Shown here: in pieces, positions 17,480-26,079 of the stretch
Layout: each line of letters begins with the position of its first letter
Numbering within the stretch: the stretch's first letter is position 1
NCBI GenBank assembly: GCA_041660305.1
Contig: JBAZWO010000001.1
Coordinates: 43,969-107,968 of the forward strand
DNA from: Patescibacteria group bacterium
Lineage (GTDB): Bacteria > Patescibacteriota > Patescibacteriia > UBA9570
Direction of reading: 5' to 3'
Length of the DNA: 64,000 nt
Program-made: the position numbers and the translations under genes
Notes under the pieces: generated by a model
Told to the model about the DNA's origin: nothing
The model's database searches: none
What the model saw: the letters and a program-made list of their open reading frames with translations, nothing else

Positions 17480-18026
17480 TATTGTATATATCGCCCTCGG
17501 TAGCAATATTGAGCCACGCTTAGATTATCTTACTAAAGCTAAAACTGCCTTATCCAAGCTTGGAATAATTACCAAATCATCTACTATTTACGAAACCGCG
17601 CCGTTAACCTTACCAAATCAATCATCATTAAATTGGTATCTTAATCAAGTTATTTGTTTTGCAGTAAATCAATCACCGCAACAGTTATTATTTACTTTAA
17701 AAAATATAGAACATCAATTAGGCCGTAATCCTAACCATGAACACTGGGCTGACCGAGAAATCGATTTAGATATCCTCTTGTATAATGATGAAATAATTGA
17801 TACGGTATCGTTGCACATTCCTCATTTAGAACTGGCTAACCGCCGGTTTGTGCTGGAACCCTTAGCTGAAATTGCGCCCGATTTAATTGAGCCGAGATCT
17901 AAGAAAACAATTAAAGGGTTGTTAAACGAACTACCTCTCCCCCTAACCCCCTCTCCTAATAGGAGAAGGGGAAAAATTAATTGCATTACTCCCTTTCCCC
18001 TGTTTAGGGGAAAGGGCTGGGGATAG
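17472..18026 (+). CDS. folK: 2-amino-4-hydroxy-6-hydroxymethyldihydropteridine diphosphokinase (HPPK)
   Basis: Reads VYIALGSNI.PR...L..A...L......S.IYET.P....Q..WYLN......REIDLDILLY........L.IPH..LANRRFVLEPL.EIAP. The last ~25 codons read into repeat locus 2. Confidence 0.85.
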   Translation: MSNIVYIALGSNIEPRLDYLTKAKTALSKLGIITKSSTIYETAPLTLPNQSSLNWYLNQVICFAVNQSPQQLLFTLKNIEHQLGRNPNHEHWADREIDLDILLYNDEIIDTVSLHIPHLELANRRFVLEPLAEIAPDLIEPRSKKTIKGLLNELPLPLTPSPNRRRGKINCITPFPLFRGKGWG

Positions 18027-18050
18027 AGGTAGGAATTTTAGAGGAGGGGG
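17931..18050. repeat. composite GC-rich hairpin element (locus 2)
   Basis: Outer inverted repeat CTACCTCTCCCC...GGGGATAGAGGTAG encloses two hairpins. These are CCCCCTCTCC-taata-GGAGAAGGGG and CCCTTTCCCC-tgttt-AGGGGAAAGGG. The core aattgcattact is shared, in inverted orientation, with locus 4. Confidence 0.85.
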
Positions 18051-18070
18051 AAATTCAACACTTATATAAT

Positions 18071-18619
18071 ATGAACCCAAAAAATATTGAACAATTAATC
18101 CAAAAACTAATTACAGAAATCGATCCGCAACCTCAGCGTGAAGGGTTACAAGATACACCGGCGCGAGTAGCGAGAAGCTATGAGAAATTATTCGGTGGTT
18201 ATGCCATGCAGCCGGAAGATTATTTAACATTTTTTGATAGTGAGCATTACGACGAAATGGTAACATGTTTAAATATCGATTTTTATTCCACCTGCGAACA
18301 TCATTTGCTTCCTTTTCATGGCAAAGCTTCCATTGGCTATATTCCAAAAAATAAAATTATCGGCTTATCTAAGTTACCTAGAATTGTAGAAATTTTTGCC
18401 CGCCGGTTGCAAAACCAAGAACGCTTAACTTCGCAAATTACCGAGTGTTTGGATGCAGCCCTACAAGCCAAAGGCATTGGCGTGATTTTAAAAGCCACTC
18501 ATTTATGCATGCAAGCCCGTGGTGTGGAAAAACAAAACACCGTGGTAACCACCTCCGCCTTTCGCGGTTTATTTAAAAATAATATGAATACTAGGAGTGA
18601 GTTTTTGAAGTTAATCTAG
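18071..18619 (+). CDS. folE: GTP cyclohydrolase I
   Basis: Reads REGL.DTP.RVA..Y..LF.GY, then FYS.CEHHLLPF.GKA.IGYIP, then RRLQ.QERLT.QI. Confidence 0.9.
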   Translation: MNPKNIEQLIQKLITEIDPQPQREGLQDTPARVARSYEKLFGGYAMQPEDYLTFFDSEHYDEMVTCLNIDFYSTCEHHLLPFHGKASIGYIPKNKIIGLSKLPRIVEIFARRLQNQERLTSQITECLDAALQAKGIGVILKATHLCMQARGVEKQNTVVTTSAFRGLFKNNMNTRSEFLKLI

Positions 18620-18702
18620 ACCCCACCCCAACCCTCCCCTGCAAGGGAGGGGGTAATTAATTATTCCCCCTCTTGCAGGAGGGGGTAAGGGGGAGGTCTA
18701 GA
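18615..18702. repeat. composite GC-rich hairpin element (locus 3)
   Basis: Outer repeat TCTAGACCCC...GGGAGGTCTAGA encloses CCCTCCCC-tgca-AGGGAGGG and CCCCCTC-ttgcag-GAGGGGG. Confidence 0.85.
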
Positions 18703-18712
18703 ATGTAACCTT

Positions 18713-19531
18713 ATGAAAAAAAATATTAAATTAATGGGCATATTAAATGTAACCCCAGATTCATTTTCAGACGGCGGTAAATTTTTTGGTAGAGACGCAT
18801 TGCAATGCGTCTCTACCACGGTAAAAAATATGGCAGTTGCTGGCGCGGATATTATTGATATCGGTGGAGAATCTTCCAGGCCAGGTTCAGAACCAGTTTC
18901 TGTAACAGAAGAATTAAACAGAGTAGTGCCTGTGTTAAAAGCTTTACACCGTAAGAACACGATATATCGTGTTCTTACATCTATCGACACCTATAAACCA
19001 GAGGTAGCCGCGGCGGCCATTAATTTATGCGCTAAAATGATTAACGATATTTCTGGCTTACGCAATCCACTCATGCGTAAAATAGCCGCTAAAACCAAAT
19101 GCCAAGTGGTAATTATGCACATGTTAGGCGAACCACATAATATGCAAAAACAGCCACGCTATAAAAACGTAGTGTTAGATATTATCAAGTTTTTTCAGCA
19201 ACAAATTAAATTAGCGGAACAAGCTGGTGTTAAAAGGAAAAATATTATTATTGATCCCGGAATTGGTTTTGGTAAAACCGTTAATCATAATCTGGAAATA
19301 CTACGTAACCTAAATAAATTCAAACAGGCTTTCCCTGATTTGTCATTACTAATTGGCGCTTCCAGAAAATCGTTTATCGGTAAATTAACCGGCGCCGCTG
19401 TAAATAACCGCCTGCCCGGTACCCTAGCCGTTCATTTATACGCCGCTCAACACGGCGCAGATATATTACGCGTGCACGATGTAACAGAACACCGGCAGGC
19501 CTTGTTTATTCTGCAAAAAATTATAGCTTGA
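18713..19531 (+). CDS. folP: dihydropteroate synthase
   Basis: Reads MGILNVTPDSFSDGG, then GADIIDIGGESSRPG, then IS.DT......A, then ND.SG, then IIDPGIGFGK, then SRKSFIG. Confidence 0.9.
   Translation: MKKNIKLMGILNVTPDSFSDGGKFFGRDALQCVSTTVKNMAVAGADIIDIGGESSRPGSEPVSVTEELNRVVPVLKALHRKNTIYRVLTSIDTYKPEVAAAAINLCAKMINDISGLRNPLMRKIAAKTKCQVVIMHMLGEPHNMQKQPRYKNVVLDIIKFFQQQIKLAEQAGVKRKNIIIDPGIGFGKTVNHNLEILRNLNKFKQAFPDLSLLIGASRKSFIGKLTGAAVNNRLPGTLAVHLYAAQHGADILRVHDVTEHRQALFILQKIIA
18789..18816. repeat. 28-nt perfect palindrome, copy inside the folP reading frame
   Basis: gtagagacgcattgcaatgcgtctctac is translated in frame as ..GRDALQCVST... The flanks attttttg / c..g..aaaaaatATG match the copy at 28598. 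Confidence 0.85.
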
Positions 19532-19562
19532 TTGCTTATATTATTGTAATGAGTTAATCAAA

Positions 19563-20651
19563 TTATGATGATACTTGTTCTACTGTTAATAAACCGTTTT
19601 CACATCTTTCAAAAATTATATTAAACGTCATTCGTACCGGCTTTAAATGATGTTCCTCTAAAGCTAGTTGATCCTTAATGTAACCTTCTTTTTGAAACGC
19701 ACGGTGCCAAACGGCTTTAGCACGGCCTATAATTTTATCACCAGCGGTAGCTGGTTGCTGAACCATAATATCAAAACTTACTACTGTATGTCTATCTGAA
19801 GACGATGTAAATTGTCTTAATCTATTAGCAAACAAATCTGAAGGCACCACATTATTTAAATATTTCTCTAACTGCTCTATTATTCCAGGTACTTTTTCAG
19901 AATCATATACAGTATTCTTAATATCACCCAAAGTAGAAGCTCTAAAATATTCTAACAATTTAGGATGAACATGATGTATATATAATTCATCTTTTAAACC
20001 CCTCTCTTTTATATCTACTGTCTGTAAATCTGCTGTATTATCAGGCAATGCAAATGCGGCCGCAGCTGGCGTTGTTGGCTCTTTAATTCCATGTTGTTTT
20101 TTCCATACACATTCATGTTTGACGACTTCAATTAAAGCCGCTCTTAAACCACATTGGGAGGTAATACCCATCCACTTAAAAGCATCATCTAATTTTTTAT
20201 TGTCTAAAGGAAAATTACTAACTGAACTATCATTTGTTAACATTGGCGCTACACTTGCATAAGTGTTGTCCACGGCTTTATCAAGAATTCGTGATACATT
20301 GATTGTAGGTTTGCCGTCCCTAGAACTAGGCTTTTCCTCGCCTTCACCCAATAATTCGTTAAGGGTATAATGATTATTTAAATCTCTTTGTGTAATTGGA
20401 ATACCAAATCCTTGTGCATAAATCTCTCTAATTTTCTCTTTTAATTGGGCTAACGTGATAATGCTACCATTGTCTAACCTATCTCTATATGGCATTCTTG
20501 TAACAGCAGGCACTTCTGGTTGTGCAAGATTGGCACTTTCTGCATTAGGCACAGAACTAGACGTTTGCCCAACTTCTATGTCTTGTCCCGCCGCTGATTC
20601 CGTTACTACTAGTTCTGTTTGTATTAATCTTTCTCGTTTTCCTTCTCCCAT
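19563..20651 (-). CDS. hypothetical protein (orphan-like)
   Basis: 362-aa ORF with normal-looking composition. No recognisable motif. Confidence 0.5.
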   Translation of the reverse strand: MGEGKRERLIQTELVVTESAAGQDIEVGQTSSSVPNAESANLAQPEVPAVTRMPYRDRLDNGSIITLAQLKEKIREIYAQGFGIPITQRDLNNHYTLNELLGEGEEKPSSRDGKPTINVSRILDKAVDNTYASVAPMLTNDSSVSNFPLDNKKLDDAFKWMGITSQCGLRAALIEVVKHECVWKKQHGIKEPTTPAAAAFALPDNTADLQTVDIKERGLKDELYIHHVHPKLLEYFRASTLGDIKNTVYDSEKVPGIIEQLEKYLNNVVPSDLFANRLRQFTSSSDRHTVVSFDIMVQQPATAGDKIIGRAKAVWHRAFQKEGYIKDQLALEEHHLKPVRMTFNIIFERCENGLLTVEQVSS

Positions 20652-20741
20652 AAAATTAAATTAAATTTGTAATATTTTATTATTTTAATTATAGCAGAAA
20701 AATAATTTCTGTCAAGACAGCTTGTCTAATATTAGCTATTT

Positions 20742-20769
20742 TTGACAAAATTATTAATAGTGCTATACT
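20742..20769 (+). promoter_or_regulatory. sigma70-type promoter candidate with extended -10
   Basis: TTGACA (20742-20747), 16-nt spacer ending in TGc, TATACT (20764-20769). Confidence 0.45.
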
Positions 20770-20775
20770 TATTCG

Positions 20776-20911
20776 GTACATACAACATTTAGCAATAGTT
20801 CTAAGCAATTAGAGCTCTAGATTGCGTTTTAACGATACGTGTGTAGCAAAACCAGAAGTATATAGAGATATAAAGACTTTATCCCGAACCACTCGGGATT
20901 GTTTTGTTTTT
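20776..20911 (+). ncRNA. candidate orphan small RNA (~135 nt)
   Basis: It lies between the promoter above and the intrinsic terminator ATCCCGA-accac-TCGGGAT-tgttttgttttt (20881-20911). There is no ATG-initiated ORF and no downstream same-strand gene. Confidence 0.3.
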
Positions 20912-20923
20912 GAGAGACGATTC

Positions 20924-21631
20924 TTAATTTAGTAAAGTATCTAAAAATTCCCGCATCGCTTTACCTACTACCGGCCCCACTTTTGGCCGTGGATGACCAT
21001 CGTAAGGATCGGCTACAAATTTCTTTTTCAAATAGTTATTCTTATTACTTAATAATGTATGCAAACCAAATGGTGCTAAATTATTGCCAGTATAATTATT
21101 TTTGTACTCCCCCAGTAACCACTGTTCGAAACCTAGCGCTCGCCTAGCTTCATCGCTATTAGTCATATCCTTTGGCAATGGCGGCGTGGATAACGGCATA
21201 AATAAAATATTAGGATGTGCCTGGTAAATATCATATAATTCACGGTACCAATCTTTATACTGTTCTAACATATCATCACTGGTTATAGCACTAGCTGGGT
21301 AACAAGATTTAAAAATAATAATATCACTATCACCGAATATATCCCAAGAATTTGCATCGTTAAATAAACCAGGAAAATCCTGTGGATCAGTATTACCGTC
21401 CCACCATGGCGCAGTGCCGGTATAACCATGGTTAGTTAATTCGGCACCTAAACCACCTTTTTTAACTGTACCGTCCCAATAAATTTGGCCGGTAGAATGA
21501 TGTACAAAAAACACCTGCTTATTAGCCCCCGGCTGATTAGCCGCATAAGTAGGCTGACTTAATAAAAAACCAACCAATAAAGCACTAACACTTATTATTA
21601 GCGCTAATCGTCCTCCTTTGTTGTATTGCAT
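20924..21631 (-). CDS. hypothetical secreted protein
   Basis: Has a signal peptide (ALIISVSALLVGFLLSQPTYA). The blocks FFVHHSTG and IIIFKSCYP hint at a hydrolase-like fold, but no family is assigned. Confidence 0.5.
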   Translation of the reverse strand: MQYNKGGRLALIISVSALLVGFLLSQPTYAANQPGANKQVFFVHHSTGQIYWDGTVKKGGLGAELTNHGYTGTAPWWDGNTDPQDFPGLFNDANSWDIFGDSDIIIFKSCYPASAITSDDMLEQYKDWYRELYDIYQAHPNILFMPLSTPPLPKDMTNSDEARRALGFEQWLLGEYKNNYTGNNLAPFGLHTLLSNKNNYLKKKFVADPYDGHPRPKVGPVVGKAMREFLDTLLN

Positions 21632-21686
21632 ATTATTAAATATTATTCTAAGCTACTGTTTACACTATAACACCATTATTTTATTC

Positions 21687-22313
21687 ATGTCTACACAAAC
21701 TATATTTGGAATCATTAGTAGTTTTCTCACAATTAGCGGTGCTATAGTTTATATTATTAATATTTTAAAACGGAAAGACAAACCAGCTAAAGCGGCTTGG
21801 GTAATTTGGACGTTGATTAGTGCGTTGCTATTAGTTAGTTATATAGCCACAAATGTGCCGGCTAGCGCTTGGCAGGCATTTGATATAAAAAAAATACTGG
21901 GTATTTTACCGCCAGTTTATTTTGCTATTAGCGTATTATTAGGTAATGCCGCCGTGATGGTTTTGGCGCTTAAATACGGCCAAGCCGGCTGGAAAAAAAT
22001 AGATAAAATATGTTTAGTGGGTGCACTATTAAGCATGGTTGTTTGGTATTTAAGTGGCTCTGCCTTTATAGCTTTGTTAATGAACTTAACGATGGACGCG
22101 TTTGGTGTGATTAATTTAATCTACTCTTGTTATCATAATTACAGCCAAGAGAATATTATTGCCTGGATATTATTTTCCGTTTCGGCTTTTATTGCTGTCT
22201 TAGCCATACCTAATTTTTCATTTTACACAGCCACTTTGCCTATTTATATACTTTGTGTTGATACTCTCACGTTGGGCACTGTTTTATATAAAACTAAACT
22301 GGTTAAACGTTAA
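21687..22313 (+). CDS. hypothetical polytopic membrane protein
   Basis: The start is moved to ATG 21687 (MSTQTIFGIISSFLTISGAIVY...). About 6 helices. Confidence 0.5.
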   Translation: MSTQTIFGIISSFLTISGAIVYIINILKRKDKPAKAAWVIWTLISALLLVSYIATNVPASAWQAFDIKKILGILPPVYFAISVLLGNAAVMVLALKYGQAGWKKIDKICLVGALLSMVVWYLSGSAFIALLMNLTMDAFGVINLIYSCYHNYSQENIIAWILFSVSAFIAVLAIPNFSFYTATLPIYILCVDTLTLGTVLYKTKLVKR

Positions 22314-25300
22314 ACATTTCGCAATACCTGCATTCTCCGCAATATTCTTCTGGCTTAGCTGATAAAAATTTCAAATTTTGGATATCAGTGTACACTTGTT
22401 TAATTTGTACACCCAATGCTACAACCGCTTCGTTGGTTAATTCATAACGCCGATGCGGATAGGTGTCGGTTTTTTTACTGCGCTGAATAAAATGAATTTC
22501 ACCGGATGCTACGTTAGGCTTAAACGATTTAGTTTTTTCACATAATAATTTATAAAATAAAAGCTGTCGCTCGTAATCCCCGCCTTTAGCTAGTTTACCG
22601 CTTTTATTATCGGGATTGCCGGTTTTGTAATCAATTACATGCGCGCTGTTACCATCTTCTGTTAACTCAATTTTATCTATTTTACCATTAATTGGCACGC
22701 CATTTATTTCAGCCGTAAAGCGATTTTCTACTAAAGATTTTCTACTAAACCGTTCTCGATTGGCTTCGTAATACTGCGTTAATTCGGCCAAGCCAAAATC
22801 TAAGCTTTCTTGATAATCTTTTTTGGATAAGTTTTGCCGTTGTAAATGAAAAGTAAACCGGTCTAATAATAAAGTTAGTTTAGGTGCTTGTTGTTCTCGC
22901 AAAAAATACGCCACCGCTTCTTCCAAAGTACTGTGCATAGCAATGCCGTAACCCACGGCGCGCCCGGTTTGTTGAGGCACCCGTAATACATCTTGATAAT
23001 AAAATAATAGCGGGCAGGTTAAATAATCATTCAAGTGGCTGGGACTAAGACTGTAATTTTTTAATTTGGCAGTTAGATAATCGCGCTCAGCTTGAGCGTG
23101 ATTCAAAGCTGGCTGTTTTAATAATATAGTTTCTAAGCGTTCTAAAGCTTGCTCTTCAAATATTGTAGTATCAATCTGCTTAATATGTTTAGCATTTAAT
23201 TCGGCAACAAACAGTGCCGGCGTTAAAGCTTTTGAATTATTATTTTTAGCGGCATAAGTTAAATATAGCTGCTGTTTAGCCCGGGTCATGGCCACGTAAA
23301 ATAAACGGCGCTCATCTTCGTTGTTATCCTCGCCGCTGGTTACATCGTGTTTAATAATACCGGCCGGTAATGCCAGTGGCCGCCGTGAAATAACATTGCC
23401 CCAATGTTGATCCACGCAATGCATAATAAACACGTGCGCAAATTCTAGCCCTTTGGCTTTGTGTGCCGTTAATAAATGTACGGCGGTATTACGTGTCGGC
23501 AACGCTTCTTCGGTAATCGTTAAACCGTGTTCACGCAACAAAGCTAGATGATCAAAAAATTCACTTAAGTTAAAATCGTGTTGCATTTGCTGCAAGCGCC
23601 TACCTTCATTTAATAACGTATTAATGCGATTTAATTGTTCTAGTTTATCAGGTTGAGCTAACACATGTTTTAGTAATCCAGATTCATCTAACACTACTTC
23701 TAGCAGCCGAGCAAAAGAATTGTTCAGGCTATATTGACGCCAGCGTAATAAATTCTGACCGAATTTTTCAAGTTTCTTAAATTGTTCCAGTTGTAATTCT
23801 TTTAATAATTCTGGTTGAGTTACTAATTCTAACAATTTATGTTCTTTGTCAGATAACATTTTTATGATATCGAGCGGTAAAAAATCTAGCCAAGTAAAAT
23901 GTAAAATGTTAAATAACATTTCATTGTGAGCTGGCGCCGCAATATAACGCAACAATAAAATTATCTGCTGAATTAATAAATCATGTAAAATATCCACGCC
24001 AGCTTCTAGTTGATAAGGCACGTTACAAGCCGTTAACATATCCATTAATTCATTCGCATCGCGATTATTGCGATAAATAACCGCGATATCAGCCGGCGCA
24101 ATTTGCTCTTCTGTAATTAATTTTTGAATCTGTTTGGCAATCCAATAACGTTCGGTGTGCGCTGAACTAAACATACCTAATTGTACCGGTGCCGCTGGGT
24201 GTTTAGTAGCGGCTATTAAGCGCTGCTCGATATTAGGAATGCTGTGTTGAATAGAATGCTGATTATGATTAATCACATCGTAAGCGGCATCTAAAATAGT
24301 TTGTTGGCTACGATAATTTTGTTTTAAACTAATTACCTCCGCTTGCGGATAACGCTCTAAAAAGGATAAAATATTTTCTAACGAAGCCCCCTGAAACCGA
24401 TAAATGGATTGCCGATCATCCCCAACCGAAAATACATTCGGTTGCTCAAAAAAACTGCCTAATAATTCCACAATTCGGTTTTGCGCACCATTGGTATCTT
24501 GGTATTCATCCACTAATATATATTGGTACCGCTCTTGATATTCGGCTAATAAATCATCGTGTTCCTCGAAGGCTTTCACTACAAATAACAACATGTCTTC
24601 GTAATCATACCAGCCGGTAGTTTTTAATTGTTCTTGATAGCGTTTATAAACCTCGATCACCGCCCGCTGACGAGGCAGTTGATGTTGCTGTTGTTCCAGC
24701 CAGCGCTTCACCCCTTGTTTAAATTTGGCAATTTGTGGTTCATCACCAGAACAATAACGCTGAAATAATTTAGAAATAACCGGCTGATTAATACGCTCCT
24801 GAATAGCTAAACAATTTGATAAAGATAATTTGCGAGCATTTAAATTTATAAAATCTGTTACTTCAGCTTGCATTTCAGAAAAATTATTTTCTTGTTTCTG
24901 AATAATCTGCTCATAGCGCTCCACGGTAATATTTTCCCGTTTCAATGTTTGAATTACACTTAACAACGGGTGTAAATAAAAATACGGCGCCCCAAATGGT
25001 TTAAGCGGATTATTAACCTCTAAGGTATCTAGTACATCGCACATTACCGTTACCCGTTCCACATCCGTTAACGGTTCTAATTCATGCGTAAACAAAAAGT
25101 GTTCAGCATGAGATTGAATTACGTTATTACAAAAACCATGAAACGTACTAATGCTAACATAATAAGCCGCTTCGCCGATCATGCTAATTAACCGCTGGCG
25201 CATAGCGGCCGCACCGGTTTCCGTAAACGTTAAACACAAAATATTCTGCGGATCTAACTGCGTTTCTAATAATAACTTGGCAATGCGCAACGCAATAATC

Positions 25301-25407
25301 TGGGTTTTGCCAGTACCGGCTCCAGCCAACACCAACATTGGGCCATCAATATGATCAACGGCTTTTTTTTGTTCGGAGTTTAGTTTTAAATAGTCTTCGT
25401 TGAACAT
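22303..25407 (-). CDS. UvrD/PcrA-type ATP-dependent DNA helicase fused to a C-terminal PD-(D/E)XK (AddB/Cas4-like, Cys-cluster) nuclease domain
   Basis: Walker A motif LAGAGTGKT. Motif II is ILVDEYQDTN, and RSQQTIL..A and TAHKAKGLEF are present. The C-terminus has GKIDKIE..VIDYKTG...YERQLLFYKLL and CGECRYCEMF. Confidence 0.85.
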   Translation of the reverse strand: MFNEDYLKLNSEQKKAVDHIDGPMLVLAGAGTGKTQIIALRIAKLLLETQLDPQNILCLTFTETGAAAMRQRLISMIGEAAYYVSISTFHGFCNNVIQSHAEHFLFTHELEPLTDVERVTVMCDVLDTLEVNNPLKPFGAPYFYLHPLLSVIQTLKRENITVERYEQIIQKQENNFSEMQAEVTDFINLNARKLSLSNCLAIQERINQPVISKLFQRYCSGDEPQIAKFKQGVKRWLEQQQHQLPRQRAVIEVYKRYQEQLKTTGWYDYEDMLLFVVKAFEEHDDLLAEYQERYQYILVDEYQDTNGAQNRIVELLGSFFEQPNVFSVGDDRQSIYRFQGASLENILSFLERYPQAEVISLKQNYRSQQTILDAAYDVINHNQHSIQHSIPNIEQRLIAATKHPAAPVQLGMFSSAHTERYWIAKQIQKLITEEQIAPADIAVIYRNNRDANELMDMLTACNVPYQLEAGVDILHDLLIQQIILLLRYIAAPAHNEMLFNILHFTWLDFLPLDIIKMLSDKEHKLLELVTQPELLKELQLEQFKKLEKFGQNLLRWRQYSLNNSFARLLEVVLDESGLLKHVLAQPDKLEQLNRINTLLNEGRRLQQMQHDFNLSEFFDHLALLREHGLTITEEALPTRNTAVHLLTAHKAKGLEFAHVFIMHCVDQHWGNVISRRPLALPAGIIKHDVTSGEDNNEDERRLFYVAMTRAKQQLYLTYAAKNNNSKALTPALFVAELNAKHIKQIDTTIFEEQALERLETILLKQPALNHAQAERDYLTAKLKNYSLSPSHLNDYLTCPLLFYYQDVLRVPQQTGRAVGYGIAMHSTLEEAVAYFLREQQAPKLTLLLDRFTFHLQRQNLSKKDYQESLDFGLAELTQYYEANRERFSRKSLVENRFTAEINGVPINGKIDKIELTEDGNSAHVIDYKTGNPDNKSGKLAKGGDYERQLLFYKLLCEKTKSFKPNVASGEIHFIQRSKKTDTYPHRRYELTNEAVVALGVQIKQVYTDIQNLKFLSAKPEEYCGECRYCEMFNV

Positions 25408-25415
25408 AAATAATG

Positions 25416-25569
25416 CCTACCTCACCTCCCGACCTCCTAATTCTACCTCTATCCCCAACCCTTTCCCCTAACCAGGGGAAAGGGAGTAATGCAATTTGAT
25501 TCTTCCCCCTCTCTCCTTAGAGGAGAGAGGGGGTTAGGGGGAGTGAGGTAGGAATTGGGGCGGGAGGTC
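25416..25569. repeat. composite GC-rich hairpin element (locus 4, inverse orientation of locus 2)
   Basis: The outer repeat is CCTACCTCAC..(several)..GTGAGGTAGG. The inner hairpins are CCCTTTCCCC-taacc-AGGGGAAAGGG and CCCCCTCTCTCC-ttaga-GGAGAGAGGGGG. The core agtaatgcaatt is the reverse complement of the locus 2 core. Confidence 0.85.
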
Positions 25570-25931
25570 TATTTCGGCTCTTGAAACGTAACCGTGACCG
25601 TATAAAAACTTTCGTCTTTAGGATAGGTAATATCCACTACCGGATGATAATGTTTAAACGCACTTTGCACTTTTTTACCAAGCGTCGCGGCTAATTTTTT
25701 ATTAACGATCCAATAAGTAATCACTGTAGCAGTAGCTTGCATTTTAACTAATACTGATTTTTCTGTAGAAAACTTTTTTAGGGCATTGGCTACCAAATGC
25801 AATAAATCAGCTTGATGTTCTACTAACTGCACGTTCACTAGTTTTAACGTACTGGCTGTAATATCATGATTTTTTGGATTTCTAAATAAAATCCCCTTAG
25901 GAACATTGCCTCGAAATTGTCTGGTTGACAT
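25569..25931 (-). CDS. hypothetical protein
   Basis: 120-aa ORF directly upstream of the helicase-nuclease on the same strand. No recognisable motif. Confidence 0.45.
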   Translation of the reverse strand: MSTRQFRGNVPKGILFRNPKNHDITASTLKLVNVQLVEHQADLLHLVANALKKFSTEKSVLVKMQATATVITYWIVNKKLAATLGKKVQSAFKHYHPVVDITYPKDESFYTVTVTFQEPK

Positions 25932-25992
25932 ATAAAAATATAATCAATAATTAATAAATAATATCAACATTATAGCACATAAAATATAAGTA

Positions 25993-26059
25993 AGTAACCC
26001 CCGGGTTCCCGCCTACCTCCTTAGACGGAGTACGGCGGGCAGGTACCCCGGTGGGTTAC
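25993..26059. repeat. GC-rich rod-like hairpin (variant of the hairpin family?)
   Basis: GTAACCC-CCGGG-tt-CCCGCC-tac-CTCC-ttagac-GGAG-tac-GGCGGG-caggta-CCCGG-t-GGGTTAC, about 22 bp paired. Confidence 0.6.
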
Positions 26060-26079
26060 GAACGTGTTATAATAAATTC

